Positions 45,742 through 54,756 of a stretch of DNA of 64,000 nucleotides are shown here, in pieces. This stretch comes from Alphaproteobacteria bacterium (GTDB lineage Bacteria > Pseudomonadota > Alphaproteobacteria > UBA828): contig CBDCRW010000002.1 in the NCBI GenBank assembly GCA_965221125.1, forward strand, positions 146,749 through 210,748, in the 5' to 3' direction. Each line of letters opens with the position of its first letter. Positions within the stretch are counted from its first letter, which is position 1. The position numbers were made by a program, and so were the translations under genes. The notes under the pieces were generated by a model, which had not been told where the DNA came from, did not search any database, and saw only the letters and a list, made by a program, of their open reading frames with translations.

Positions 45742-47843
45742 GGCTGGGCGACCTCCCTCACGTGCAGATTGCCCGATTGCGCGACCGTCGCCTCGTGGCC
45801 GGGCGGGACGATGGTGGTCGAATCGGTCTGGATGACGATGGCCGGGCCGTCGATGTGCTGGCCGGCCCGGAGCCCGCCGCGGTCGAAGCGCGGCGTCTCG
45901 TAGGTCTTGCCGTCGTCGAAGGTGGTGGCGCGGCGGTAGAGCAGCGCGTCCTCCGGGTTGCGGCCGTCGCCCGCCGGCGACTCCGGCCAGCTCAGCGCGC
46001 CGATCCCGGCCGAGGCGACGACGCGGAGCGTGATGACCTCGACCTCCTGGTCCTCGAAGGCGTGGCCGTAGTCCTGCCGGTGGCGTTCGTGGAAGCTCGC
46101 CAGCAGCGCCGCCCGGTTGTCCAGCGTGAGCGGGCCGTCCGGCATGGTGCCGCGCAGCTCGAAGCCCTGCCCCTGGTAGCGGCACTCCGCGATCCTGACG
46201 ACGCGCTGGTGCTCCGGCGCCACGCCGTCCGCCGCGAGCGCGTCGCGGGCGCGCTGCACGAGGGTGTCGGTCTCGGCGTTGAGCGCGTCGATCTCGTCCT
46301 GGCTCGCCTGGGTGAGCACGCAGAGCACCGAGCGGGTGAACTCGTAGCGCATGTCGGTGGCGAGCAGGCCGGTCGCGGCGTTGATCCCCGGCGCCGGCGG
46401 CACGATCACCTCGCGGGCGAAGACCGAGCGCGCGAGCGCCACGCCGTGCAGCGGGCCGGCGCCGCCGAAGGCGACGAGGGCGTAGTCGCGCGGGTCGACG
46501 CCCTTGGCGACGGAGTTGGCGCGGATCGCGAGCGACATGTTGGAGTTGATGACGCGGATCACGCCGAGCGCCGCCTCTTCCAGCGACATGCCGAGCGGGC
46601 CGCAGAGGTTGTCTTCCAGCGCCTTGCGCGATTTCGCCGGGTCGATCTCCAGCCCGCCGCCGAGGAACTGCTCCGGGTCGAGCCGGCCGAGCACCACCTG
46701 CGCGTCGGTCACGGTGGGCTCGGTGCCGCCCCGGCCGTAGCAGGCCGGCCCCGGAGCGGCGCCGGCGGAGCGGGGGCCCACGCGGAAGGCCCCGCCCTCG
46801 TCGACGTAGGCGATGGAGCCGCCGCCCGCGCCGATGGTCGCGAGGTCGATCATGGGGGCCAGGATCGGGTAGCCGCCCACCTGCGTGTCTCTCGGGTTCA
46901 TGATGCGGACCTCGCCGCCCGGCACGACGCTGATGTCCGCCGAGGTGCCGCCGATATCGACGGTGATGAGGTTGCGCACGCCGGACATGTCGCCCGCCCA
47001 CTGGCCGCCGATGACGCCGCCGGCGGGCCCGGACATGAGGATCGTCACCGGGCGCTCGGCGGCGCCGGCGAGCGTGGTCACGCCGCCGTTGGACTGCATG
47101 ACGCGGATCTGGGCGTCGACACCGTTCTCCTTCAGCGCCCGGTCCAGATTGTTGAGATAGAAGGACGTGCGCGGGCCGATGAAGGCGTTCATCGCGGCGG
47201 TCGAGAAGCGCTCGTACTCGCGGATGACGTCGACCACCTCGGAGGAGCGGCTGACGTAGGCGTCCGGGATCACCTCCAGGACGATCTCCTTGGCGCGGCG
47301 CTCGTGCGCATCGTTGAGGAAGGCGAAGAGGAAGCAGACGATGATCGCGTCCACGCCGCGCGCCTTGAACAGCTCGGCCGCAGCGCGCACCTCGTCCTCG
47401 TCGAGCGCGGTCTCGATGCTGCCCTCCGGCGGCAGGATGCGCTCGGTGATCGGCACCCGGTTGCGGCGCTTGACCAGCGGGCGCGACTGCCAGGGCACGT
47501 CGAACTGCACCGAGAAGTTGTGCGGGCGCTTGTGCCGCGCCATGTGCAGGATGTCGCGGAAGCCGCGCGTGGTGAGCATGCCCACCTCGGCGCCGGAATA
47601 CTCGATCACCGTGTTGGTCGCGATGGTCGTGCCGTGAACGATCTGCTCGATGGCGCCGGGCGCGACGCCGGCCTCGGCGCAGATCTCGAGCACGCCCCGG
47701 ATGACGCCCAGCGACTGGTCCTCCGGCGTGCTCGGCACCTTGTGGACGAAGACCCGGTCGGCGGCGGCGGCGCTCGCGTCGCCATCGGTCTCCAGGATGA
47801 GGTCGGTGAACGTCCCCCCGACATCGACGCCGATTCTCGCCAT
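45738..47843 (-). CDS. hydantoinase A/oxoprolinase family protein (ATP-dependent)
   Basis: DVGGTFTD, HGTT, SGPAGG, DIGGTS, GAGGGS, PGPACYG. Confidence 0.93.
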   Translation of the reverse strand: MARIGVDVGGTFTDLILETDGDASAAAADRVFVHKVPSTPEDQSLGVIRGVLEICAEAGVAPGAIEQIVHGTTIATNTVIEYSGAEVGMLTTRGFRDILHMARHKRPHNFSVQFDVPWQSRPLVKRRNRVPITERILPPEGSIETALDEDEVRAAAELFKARGVDAIIVCFLFAFLNDAHERRAKEIVLEVIPDAYVSRSSEVVDVIREYERFSTAAMNAFIGPRTSFYLNNLDRALKENGVDAQIRVMQSNGGVTTLAGAAERPVTILMSGPAGGVIGGQWAGDMSGVRNLITVDIGGTSADISVVPGGEVRIMNPRDTQVGGYPILAPMIDLATIGAGGGSIAYVDEGGAFRVGPRSAGAAPGPACYGRGGTEPTVTDAQVVLGRLDPEQFLGGGLEIDPAKSRKALEDNLCGPLGMSLEEAALGVIRVINSNMSLAIRANSVAKGVDPRDYALVAFGGAGPLHGVALARSVFAREVIVPPAPGINAATGLLATDMRYEFTRSVLCVLTQASQDEIDALNAETDTLVQRARDALAADGVAPEHQRVVRIAECRYQGQGFELRGTMPDGPLTLDNRAALLASFHERHRQDYGHAFEDQEVEVITLRVVASAGIGALSWPESPAGDGRNPEDALLYRRATTFDDGKTYETPRFDRGGLRAGQHIDGPAIVIQTDSTTIVPPGHEATVAQSGNLHVREVAQP

Positions 47844-47937
47844 CGTCCCCTGTCCTCGAACGTGCGCTTCGCGGCCATGACGGCCGCGGGCGGGTCATCT
47901 TAGCGGGCGGACGATGCGAAGAAAGGGGGGATTCCCG

Positions 47938-48987
47938 TTACCGAGCCTGGGCGAGCGCGCGGACCCTAGGGGCTCGGGCCGTGTCCCGTCGCCGACCATC
48001 CGGGGACGCGTCGGGCTCCGGCACCAGCGCCAGCGCCGCCTCGATGATCTCGGCGCCGGCGCCGGGGCGGTGGCCGCCGCCGCCGAGCGCGCGGCGCCAG
48101 GCACGCCCGCCGGGCCGGCCCGCGAAGAGACCCAGCATGTGCCGGGTGACGTGGTGGAGCGGCACGCCGTCCGCGCACGCCCGGCGCGCGTAGGGCAGCA
48201 TGGCGCGGGCGATGTCGTGCCGGCTCGGCCGCGCGCTCACGGCTGCGCCGAAGATGCGCCGGTCGGCATCGCGCAGCATGGCGGGGTCGGCGTAGGCCGC
48301 GCGGCCGATCATGGCGCCGTCGACCCGGCCGAGGTGCGCGGCCGCCTCGTCGAGGCTGGCGACGCCGCCGTTGATGACCACCTCCAGACCCGGCAGCTCC
48401 CGCTTCAGGCGGTAGACGGCGTCGTAGCGGAGCGGCGGGATCTCCCGGTTTTGGGCCGGACTGAGCCCGTCGAGCACGGCGATGCGCGCATGCACGGCGA
48501 AGCTCGTCACGCCGGCGGCGGCGACAGTCTCCACGAAGCGCCTCAGGTCCTCGTACTCGCCCCGCCCGTCGATCCCGATACGGCACTTCACGGTGACGGG
48601 GATGTCGACCGCGCCGATCATCGCGCGCGCGCAGTCGGCCACGACTTGGGGCGTCTCCATGAGGGCGGCGCCGAAGCGCCCCTTCTGGACGCGGGGGCTC
48701 GGGCAGCCGATGTTCAGGTTGATCTCGTCGTATCCGAAGGCCTGGCCGACCTCCGCCGCGCGGGCGAGCGCGTCCGGCTCCGCGCCGCCGAGCTGGAGGC
48801 CCACGGGATGCTCCGCCGCGTCGAAGCCGAGCAGGCGCTCGCGGTCGCCTCGCAGCACCGCCTCCGCATGGATCATCTCGCTGTAGAGGAGCGTGCGCCG
48901 GCTGATCTGCCGCAGGAAGTAGCGGCAGTGCCGGTCGGTCCGCGCCATCATCGGCGCGACGCTCAGCCTGCGGTCGAGCCCAGCCAC
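47938..48987 (-). CDS. dusA: tRNA dihydrouridine synthase DusA
   Basis: VAPMM..TDRHCRYF, NLNIGCPS, KCRIG, VHAR, NREIPPL. Confidence 0.92.
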   Translation of the reverse strand: MAGLDRRLSVAPMMARTDRHCRYFLRQISRRTLLYSEMIHAEAVLRGDRERLLGFDAAEHPVGLQLGGAEPDALARAAEVGQAFGYDEINLNIGCPSPRVQKGRFGAALMETPQVVADCARAMIGAVDIPVTVKCRIGIDGRGEYEDLRRFVETVAAAGVTSFAVHARIAVLDGLSPAQNREIPPLRYDAVYRLKRELPGLEVVINGGVASLDEAAAHLGRVDGAMIGRAAYADPAMLRDADRRIFGAAVSARPSRHDIARAMLPYARRACADGVPLHHVTRHMLGLFAGRPGGRAWRRALGGGGHRPGAGAEIIEAALALVPEPDASPDGRRRDTARAPRVRALAQAR

Positions 48988-49022
48988 GAGTCCTCCAGCG
49001 GCGGCGTAGCGATCCGACGAAA

Positions 49023-49130
49023 CCCACCTCCCCCTGCCCCCTCCTCCCAGGAGGAGGGGGAACGAATGCGGTGCCGCCCCTTCTCCCTCTCCTCCCCTCG
49101 GGGGAGGAGAGGGTCGGGGTGAGGTGGGGG
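49023..49130 (-). repeat. family B intergenic repeat copy 2 (inverted relative to copy 1)
   Basis: CCCTCTCCTCCCC.CGGGGGAGGAGAGGG.CGGGGTGAGG. Confidence 0.8.
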
Positions 49131-49228
49131 CGCTTTGGACCGAAGGGTGCCACAGGGCGGGGGCGAGCGACAGCTTGCGGGTGTGCCGGAATTGCGGCTA
49201 AAGCGATGGCTCTGCCAGGGAGGGACCG

Positions 49229-49984
49229 ATGAGCCAGATGCAGGCCGACTTCAGCGGGCGCAACGCCTTCGTGACCGGGGCCGGCGGCGGCATGGGGCTG
49301 CAGATCGCGCGCGACCTGCTTGCGGCCGGCGCGGAGGCCACGCTCTTCGACGTGAAGCCGCAGCCGAACGACCTGCCCGCCGACGCGCGCTACGTCCAGG
49401 CCGACCTGCGCGATGCCGACGCCGTCGCCCAGGCGCTGGCGGAATGCCACGAGGCGGCCGGCCGGCTTGACTACCTGGTGAATGCCGCCGGCGTGCTCTG
49501 GTTCGGCCGCGACCGCTCGCTGGTGGATATCGACCTCGGCGTCTGGGACGACGTGCTCGCGATCAACCTCAAGGGCGCGGCGCTCTGCGCCCGCCACGCG
49601 GTGCCGCTGATGAGGCGGACCGGCGGCGGCGCCATGGCGCACATCTCGACCATCCAGTGCGTGCGCGGCGACGACGCGCCGCAGGACGCCTACCAGGCCT
49701 CCAAGGCCGGGCTCATCGCCATGTCGAAGTCCATCGCGATCCAGTTCGCGGGCGACGGCATCCGCTCCAACACGATCCTGCCGGGGCCGACGCAGACGCC
49801 GATGCAGCAGCGCTGGATCGACAACCCGGAGCAGGGGGACGCGATCGCCGCGGTGGTGCCGCTCGGGCGCGTCGGCACGCCGCGCGACATGGCGAACGCC
49901 GCGCTGTTCCTGCTTTCTGACGCGGCGTCCTTCATCACCGGGACCGAGCTGATCGTCGACGGCGGGGTCCTGGCGAAGCCTTAG
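49229..49984 (+). CDS. SDR family oxidoreductase
   Basis: TGAGGGMG, NAAG, YQASK, VDGG. Confidence 0.9.
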   Translation: MSQMQADFSGRNAFVTGAGGGMGLQIARDLLAAGAEATLFDVKPQPNDLPADARYVQADLRDADAVAQALAECHEAAGRLDYLVNAAGVLWFGRDRSLVDIDLGVWDDVLAINLKGAALCARHAVPLMRRTGGGAMAHISTIQCVRGDDAPQDAYQASKAGLIAMSKSIAIQFAGDGIRSNTILPGPTQTPMQQRWIDNPEQGDAIAAVVPLGRVGTPRDMANAALFLLSDAASFITGTELIVDGGVLAKP

Positions 49985-49999
49985 TGGCGGACCTCTCCC

Positions 50000-51052
50000 C
50001 TACTCCAGCGGGAGCGGCGGCAGCTCGGCGAGCTTGATCGTCGCCACGGTCAACGTGCCGTCCTGCGCCGTCACCGGCACGCCGCGCAGCACCGGCGCGC
50101 TGCCGTCCTCCGGCCTCTCGGCCAGCATGTTGAAGGCGACCTTGGCGATGAAGCCGTCGCCGAGCGGGATCAGGTTGCTCATGATGAGCGCGTCGATCAC
50201 GTCGCCGTAGCCGATGATGTCGGCCGTGAGCGCGGCGATGGGGCGCATGGCGCCGTCGAGCGCGATGGTGCCGCTGGTCTCGATCCCGAGCGGCCCCCAG
50301 CGGACGCGGAAGCCCGTGAGCTCCAGCGTGCCGCCGGCGTCGCGCCAGGCGGTGATCGCCGCGTTGGTGCCGCGCTCGCTCGGGATCGAGCCCACCACAC
50401 TCGCGTCGATGTCGAGGAAGTCGAGGGTCTCGCCCAGCCCCTCGGCGAGGTCGCTCGGGAGTGTGGCGTCGCGCACGGCGATGGACGTCTTCAGGACCTC
50501 CTCGCCGGTCCCCTCGTCCTCGAGGGCGACGCCGTTGGCCTGCAGGCTGCCGATCCGGGCGAGGCCCTCCGGCCAGATGCCCGCGACCTCGACTCCCTGC
50601 AGGTCGAGCGTGATCTCCTCGAAGCGCCGCTCGTCGTCCAGCCGGACGACGAGCTGGCCGCCTGCCAACGCCGCCTCGATGGCGCGCCATTCACCGCCTT
50701 CGACGAGGACCTGAACCGCGTTGCGGGGGTGGGGGAAGACGGTGACCTCGCTGAAGTTCCAGGCGGAGGCCTCGGCCCGCAGCGAGGCGGCAGCCCAGCG
50801 CCAGCCGTTGCGCGTGTCGTGGATGCGGGGCTCGCGCAGCGTGACCTCGAAGCGGGTGGGGAAGCCGGCGACCTCCGTGCCCGCGCTCTCGATCTCGAGC
50901 CCTTCGGCCCGCTGCGTCTCGGCCCACTCGTCGATGCGGTCGCCGATTTCGCCCGCGGCGATGAACCAGTAGCCGGCATAGCCGGCCACGGCGATCACGA
51001 TCGCGCCTGCGGCAAAGGCGGCCAGGAGGACGAGTCTCATCGGTCTTCTCAT
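50000..51052 (-). CDS. DUF2125 domain protein
   Basis: N-terminal TM Y..YW, GFP.R, W...GG.L; usual neighbour of plsC. Confidence 0.75.
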   Translation of the reverse strand: MRRPMRLVLLAAFAAGAIVIAVAGYAGYWFIAAGEIGDRIDEWAETQRAEGLEIESAGTEVAGFPTRFEVTLREPRIHDTRNGWRWAAASLRAEASAWNFSEVTVFPHPRNAVQVLVEGGEWRAIEAALAGGQLVVRLDDERRFEEITLDLQGVEVAGIWPEGLARIGSLQANGVALEDEGTGEEVLKTSIAVRDATLPSDLAEGLGETLDFLDIDASVVGSIPSERGTNAAITAWRDAGGTLELTGFRVRWGPLGIETSGTIALDGAMRPIAALTADIIGYGDVIDALIMSNLIPLGDGFIAKVAFNMLAERPEDGSAPVLRGVPVTAQDGTLTVATIKLAELPPLPLE

Positions 51053-51097
51053 GGACGGACTCGGTCCGAAGAACGGTAAACGGGGTGCCTTACGGGT

Positions 51098-54000
51098 TCA
51101 AGCGCACTTGGAGTAGCCGCAGGCCGGGCACATGTCGCAGCCCTCGCGATGCAGGAGGCCCGGCTGCCCGCAGCGCACGCAGAACCGCGCCGAGCCCGCC
51201 GGCGCCCCGCCGCCTTCGACCGTGGGCGGCTCCAGCCGCGCGGCCTCGGCCTCCGGGGCTGCGAGCGCGCCGATGGTCACCAGGTGCTGCTCGATCACGC
51301 CGCCGATGGCGGCGAGGATGGACGGCACATAGTGGCCGCCGACCCACTGGCCGCCGCGCGGGTCGAAGACGGCCTTCAGCTCTTCGACGATGAAGGACAC
51401 GTCGCCGCCCCGGCGGAAGACGGCGCTGATCATCCGCGTGAGCGCCACCGTCCAGGCATAGTGCTCGGTGTTCTTGGAGTTGATGAAGATCTCGAAGGGC
51501 TGACGCCGGCCGTCGCGGACGATGTCGTTGATGGTGATGTAGATGGCGTGGTCGTGCTCGGGCCAGCGGATCTTGTAGGTGCTGCCCTGCAGCGCCTCGG
51601 GCCGCTCCAGCGGGCGGGTCATGTGGATCACGCCGCCCGCCTCGAAGGCGTCTGCGGGCCTGGCCGGCGGCGGATCGAGCGGAAGCTCGCTCTGCCGCGC
51701 GGCGGGGAGACGCGTTGGCGCCTCTGCCTGCGGCGGGGCGGCGCCCTCGGCCCCGGCTGCGGGCGTGCTGCCGGCAGCCCTGCCGGATGCGCCCTCTAGC
51801 ACCGCGCCGGTCACCGGGTTGGGCCGGTAGGTGGTGCAGCCCTTGCAGCCGAGGTCGTAGGCCCGCATGTAGACGTCCCTGAAATCGTCGAACGCCATCT
51901 CCTCCGGGCAGTTGATGGTCTTGGAGATGGAACTGTCGACGAAGGCCTGCGCCTGCGCCTGCACGGCGAGGTGATCGGCCGGGCGGAGCGACTGGGCGTC
52001 GACGAAGTAGTCCGGCAGCGCCGCCGCATCGCCCTTGAGGCGGCGGAACAGCAGGTAGGCGTGGTCGTCCACGGTTTCCGCCCGGCGCGAGCCGTCGGGC
52101 ATGAGCACGTTGCGCGTGTACGAGTAGCTGAACACGGGCTCGATACCGGACGAGACGTTGCCGGCCAAGAGCGAGATCGTGCCCGTCGGCGCCACCGAGG
52201 TGAGCAGCGCGTTGCGGACCCCGGATTCGGCGATCGCCGCCCGCACGTCGTCGTCGAGACCCTGGATCGTCGGGCTCTCGGCATAGCGCGCGGCGTCGTA
52301 GAGGGGGAAGGTGCTCTTCTCCGCCGCGAGCCGGGCGGAAGCGAGGTAGGCCGCCCGCTGCAGGCCGCCCATCCACTGGGCAATCAAGCCGTTCGCCGTA
52401 GCGCCGCCGTAGCGCGCCCGGCACATGATGAGCGCGTCGGCGAGCCCGGTGACGCCGAGCCCGATGCGCCGCTTGGCCTGCGCCTCCTCCCGCTGCGCCG
52501 CGATGGGGAAGCGCGAGCAGTCGATCGCGTTGTCCAGCATCCGGACGGCTGTGGCGGTGAGCGCCTCCAGCGCCGCCATGTCGAGGGCCGCATCCTGCTC
52601 GAAAGGGTTCCGCACCAGGCTCGCGAGGTTGATGGAGCCGAGCAGGCACGCGCCGTAGGGCGGCAGCGGCTGCTCGCCGCAGTTGTGGACGACGAGGCCG
52701 TTGGCATCGAAGGCGTTGACCCCGGGAATTGCTACGTCGAAGACCTCCTCTTCGCCCATCGGCTCCATGGCGCGCACGGTGACCGCGAAGCGTTCGCGAT
52801 TCAGCCGTCGGCGATAGCCCGCCAGCGCAATCTCCAGCTTTCGCGCCTTGTCGCGGTCATGGAACCCGATCAATCGATGAAAACGCAGAATGTTCTCGCG
52901 GCTGATGACGAGTTCGTGGTTGGCCCTGACACTGTACTCGCGCAATCCACCGCGACCGTCGGGGAGGCGTTTTTGGCCTTCGGCCCGTCGGTTTCGGTAC
53001 AGGCGCGAGGCGACGCCCAGGCGCAGGAGCATGCGCTGAACCTCGACCAGGAGCTGCTCGTCGCTCTGCGCCAGGCGCACGCTGATGCCCTTGCCGTGAT
53101 TGCCCTGCACGCTGCCATCCGAATCGAAGAGTCCACGAAGGAAGCCGACATGAAAGGCGGCGGATGTGCGATGCATGACAGGCGTGACCGCCTTGCGAGC
53201 GGGCCGTAGACCCAGGTCCTTCGCCAGGTGCCTGAGCGCGCCGAGCTTCATTCGATACTCGCCGCGGCCGGGTATCGCGTGCCAGCCGCGAAAATCGGCA
53301 CGGTGGCGCAGCGTTCGCGCCGCGTCGTGGGCGGCGTCCATAACGGCGTGCACTCCCGGACGCTCATAGCCGCCATTTGCCGCCAAGGCACCCGGCCATG
53401 CGGAGAGGACGGCGGCGTCGTCCTTCAAGGTTCCGTCGCCGATCAGGAGACCGATCAGATAGCCTTCGGATTCCGTATGGGGGCCGGACCAGCCTGGCGT
53501 GCCGCGGTGATCGTGCACCAGGATTTCATCGCCGGGCCGGAGATGGCGTGTCTCAACCCATTCTGTTTCGATTATGCGCCGAAGCGAGCGGGTAACGCGA
53601 CGAACCCGATGATTCGGGGTGAGGGACAGGCGATAGCCTTCCTCGGTCAACAGGTTGAGAACCTGGCGGCGCCCGGTCGGGAAAAAGCCACGCGGGTCCG
53701 ACTGCGAGACGGCGCCGTTCACGATGGCTTCAAAGGGTCGGCCGACCAGTTCCCTGACTTGTCGCGGGCCATTCGATGTCTGGATCCAACCATCGGCCGT
53801 GATACAGGGGTTGGTCGCAAAAATCTCCTCGCAGTAGGCGAGGTTGTTGGCCCGGTTGATGCGGTCGATGAAGATCACGCCGGGCTCGGCATAGGCGTAG
53901 GTCGAGCGGATGATCCGCTCCCACAGCGCGCGGGCCTGGACGGTGCGGTAGACGACGCCCTCGAAGGCGAGCTCCCACGGCGCGTTGTCCTTCACCGCCT

Positions 54001-54604
54001 GCATGAACGCGTCCGTCACCAGCACCGAGAGGTTGAACATGCGCAGCCGGCCGGGATCGCGCTTGGCCTCGATGAAGGCCTCGATGTCGGGGTGGTCGCA
54101 GCGCAGGCAGCCCATCATCGCGCCGCGCCGGAAGCCGGCGCTCATGATGGTGCGGCACATCGCGTCCCAGCAGTCCATGAAGGGGAGCGGGCCCGAGGCA
54201 TCGGCGCCCACGCCCTTGACCGGCGCGCCCTTGGGCCGGAGCGTCGAGAAGTCGTAGCCGATGCCGCCGCCCTGCTGCATGGTGAGCGCGGCTTCCTTCA
54301 GGTTGTCGAAGATCGCGGTCATGTCGTCCGCGACCCGGCCCATCACGAAGCAGTTGAAGAGCGTGACCTGCCGCTCCGCCCCGGCGCCGGCGAGGATGCG
54401 CCCGGCAGGCAGGAACCTGAAGCCGGCGAGCGCGTCGTAGAACGCGGGCTCCCAGCGCGCGGGCTCCGCCTCGGCCGCGGCGAGCGCGCGGGCGACGCGG
54501 CGCCACGTGTCCTCGATGGTGCCGTCGACGGGCGTGCCGTCCGCCGCCTTCAGGCGGTACTTCATGTCCCAGATGCGGGACGAAATCGGCAGCATCTCGG
54601 TCAT
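51098..54604 (-). CDS. nrdJ: adenosylcobalamin-dependent (class II) ribonucleotide reductase, intein-containing, with C-terminal TSCPD-like domain and Zn ribbon
   Basis: FLPAGRI, NCFV, RRGAMM, EPG..FID, TNP|..|CGEQPL, APTGTIS, SISKTIN, KGCTTYR, C..CGYSKC. Confidence 0.93.
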   Translation of the reverse strand: MTEMLPISSRIWDMKYRLKAADGTPVDGTIEDTWRRVARALAAAEAEPARWEPAFYDALAGFRFLPAGRILAGAGAERQVTLFNCFVMGRVADDMTAIFDNLKEAALTMQQGGGIGYDFSTLRPKGAPVKGVGADASGPLPFMDCWDAMCRTIMSAGFRRGAMMGCLRCDHPDIEAFIEAKRDPGRLRMFNLSVLVTDAFMQAVKDNAPWELAFEGVVYRTVQARALWERIIRSTYAYAEPGVIFIDRINRANNLAYCEEIFATNPCITADGWIQTSNGPRQVRELVGRPFEAIVNGAVSQSDPRGFFPTGRRQVLNLLTEEGYRLSLTPNHRVRRVTRSLRRIIETEWVETRHLRPGDEILVHDHRGTPGWSGPHTESEGYLIGLLIGDGTLKDDAAVLSAWPGALAANGGYERPGVHAVMDAAHDAARTLRHRADFRGWHAIPGRGEYRMKLGALRHLAKDLGLRPARKAVTPVMHRTSAAFHVGFLRGLFDSDGSVQGNHGKGISVRLAQSDEQLLVEVQRMLLRLGVASRLYRNRRAEGQKRLPDGRGGLREYSVRANHELVISRENILRFHRLIGFHDRDKARKLEIALAGYRRRLNRERFAVTVRAMEPMGEEEVFDVAIPGVNAFDANGLVVHNCGEQPLPPYGACLLGSINLASLVRNPFEQDAALDMAALEALTATAVRMLDNAIDCSRFPIAAQREEAQAKRRIGLGVTGLADALIMCRARYGGATANGLIAQWMGGLQRAAYLASARLAAEKSTFPLYDAARYAESPTIQGLDDDVRAAIAESGVRNALLTSVAPTGTISLLAGNVSSGIEPVFSYSYTRNVLMPDGSRRAETVDDHAYLLFRRLKGDAAALPDYFVDAQSLRPADHLAVQAQAQAFVDSSISKTINCPEEMAFDDFRDVYMRAYDLGCKGCTTYRPNPVTGAVLEGASGRAAGSTPAAGAEGAAPPQAEAPTRLPAARQSELPLDPPPARPADAFEAGGVIHMTRPLERPEALQGSTYKIRWPEHDHAIYITINDIVRDGRRQPFEIFINSKNTEHYAWTVALTRMISAVFRRGGDVSFIVEELKAVFDPRGGQWVGGHYVPSILAAIGGVIEQHLVTIGALAAPEAEAARLEPPTVEGGGAPAGSARFCVRCGQPGLLHREGCDMCPACGYSKCA
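52682..53806 (-). mobile_element. intein with LAGLIDADG homing endonuclease (375 aa)
   Basis: begins CITADGWI and ends VVHN followed by Cys; block B TPNH; two dodecapeptides YLIGLLIGDG and FLRGLFDSDG; more A/T-ending codons than the exteins. Confidence 0.95.
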
Positions 54605-54655
54605 GATCGGTCCACCGTCACCGCGTCCTCATCCAGCGGCTTGTCATGCGCCGAT

Positions 54656-54670
54656 GTTCGCACTTTGTTT
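54656..54670. promoter_or_regulatory. near-consensus LexA box upstream of nrdJ
   Basis: GTTC-gcacttt-GTTT. Confidence 0.5.
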
Positions 54671-54704
54671 CTCGCCTGCTCACTCTACCAGCCGGGCTCG
54701 CTTC

Positions 54705-54720
54705 ACGCAATATAGTGCGA
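54705..54720. promoter_or_regulatory. NrdR box
   Basis: ACGCAATATAGTGCGA matches the acaCwAtATaTwGtgt consensus at 12 of 16 positions, 100 bp upstream of nrdJ. Confidence 0.65.
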
Positions 54721-54756
54721 TCGGACGACCGACGGATCGACGAATCCGACGCCGGC

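Noticed and set aside
54605-54756. Cobalamin riboswitch upstream of nrdJ
   Set aside because: The spacer is only about 150 bp and no B12-box motif is recognisable.
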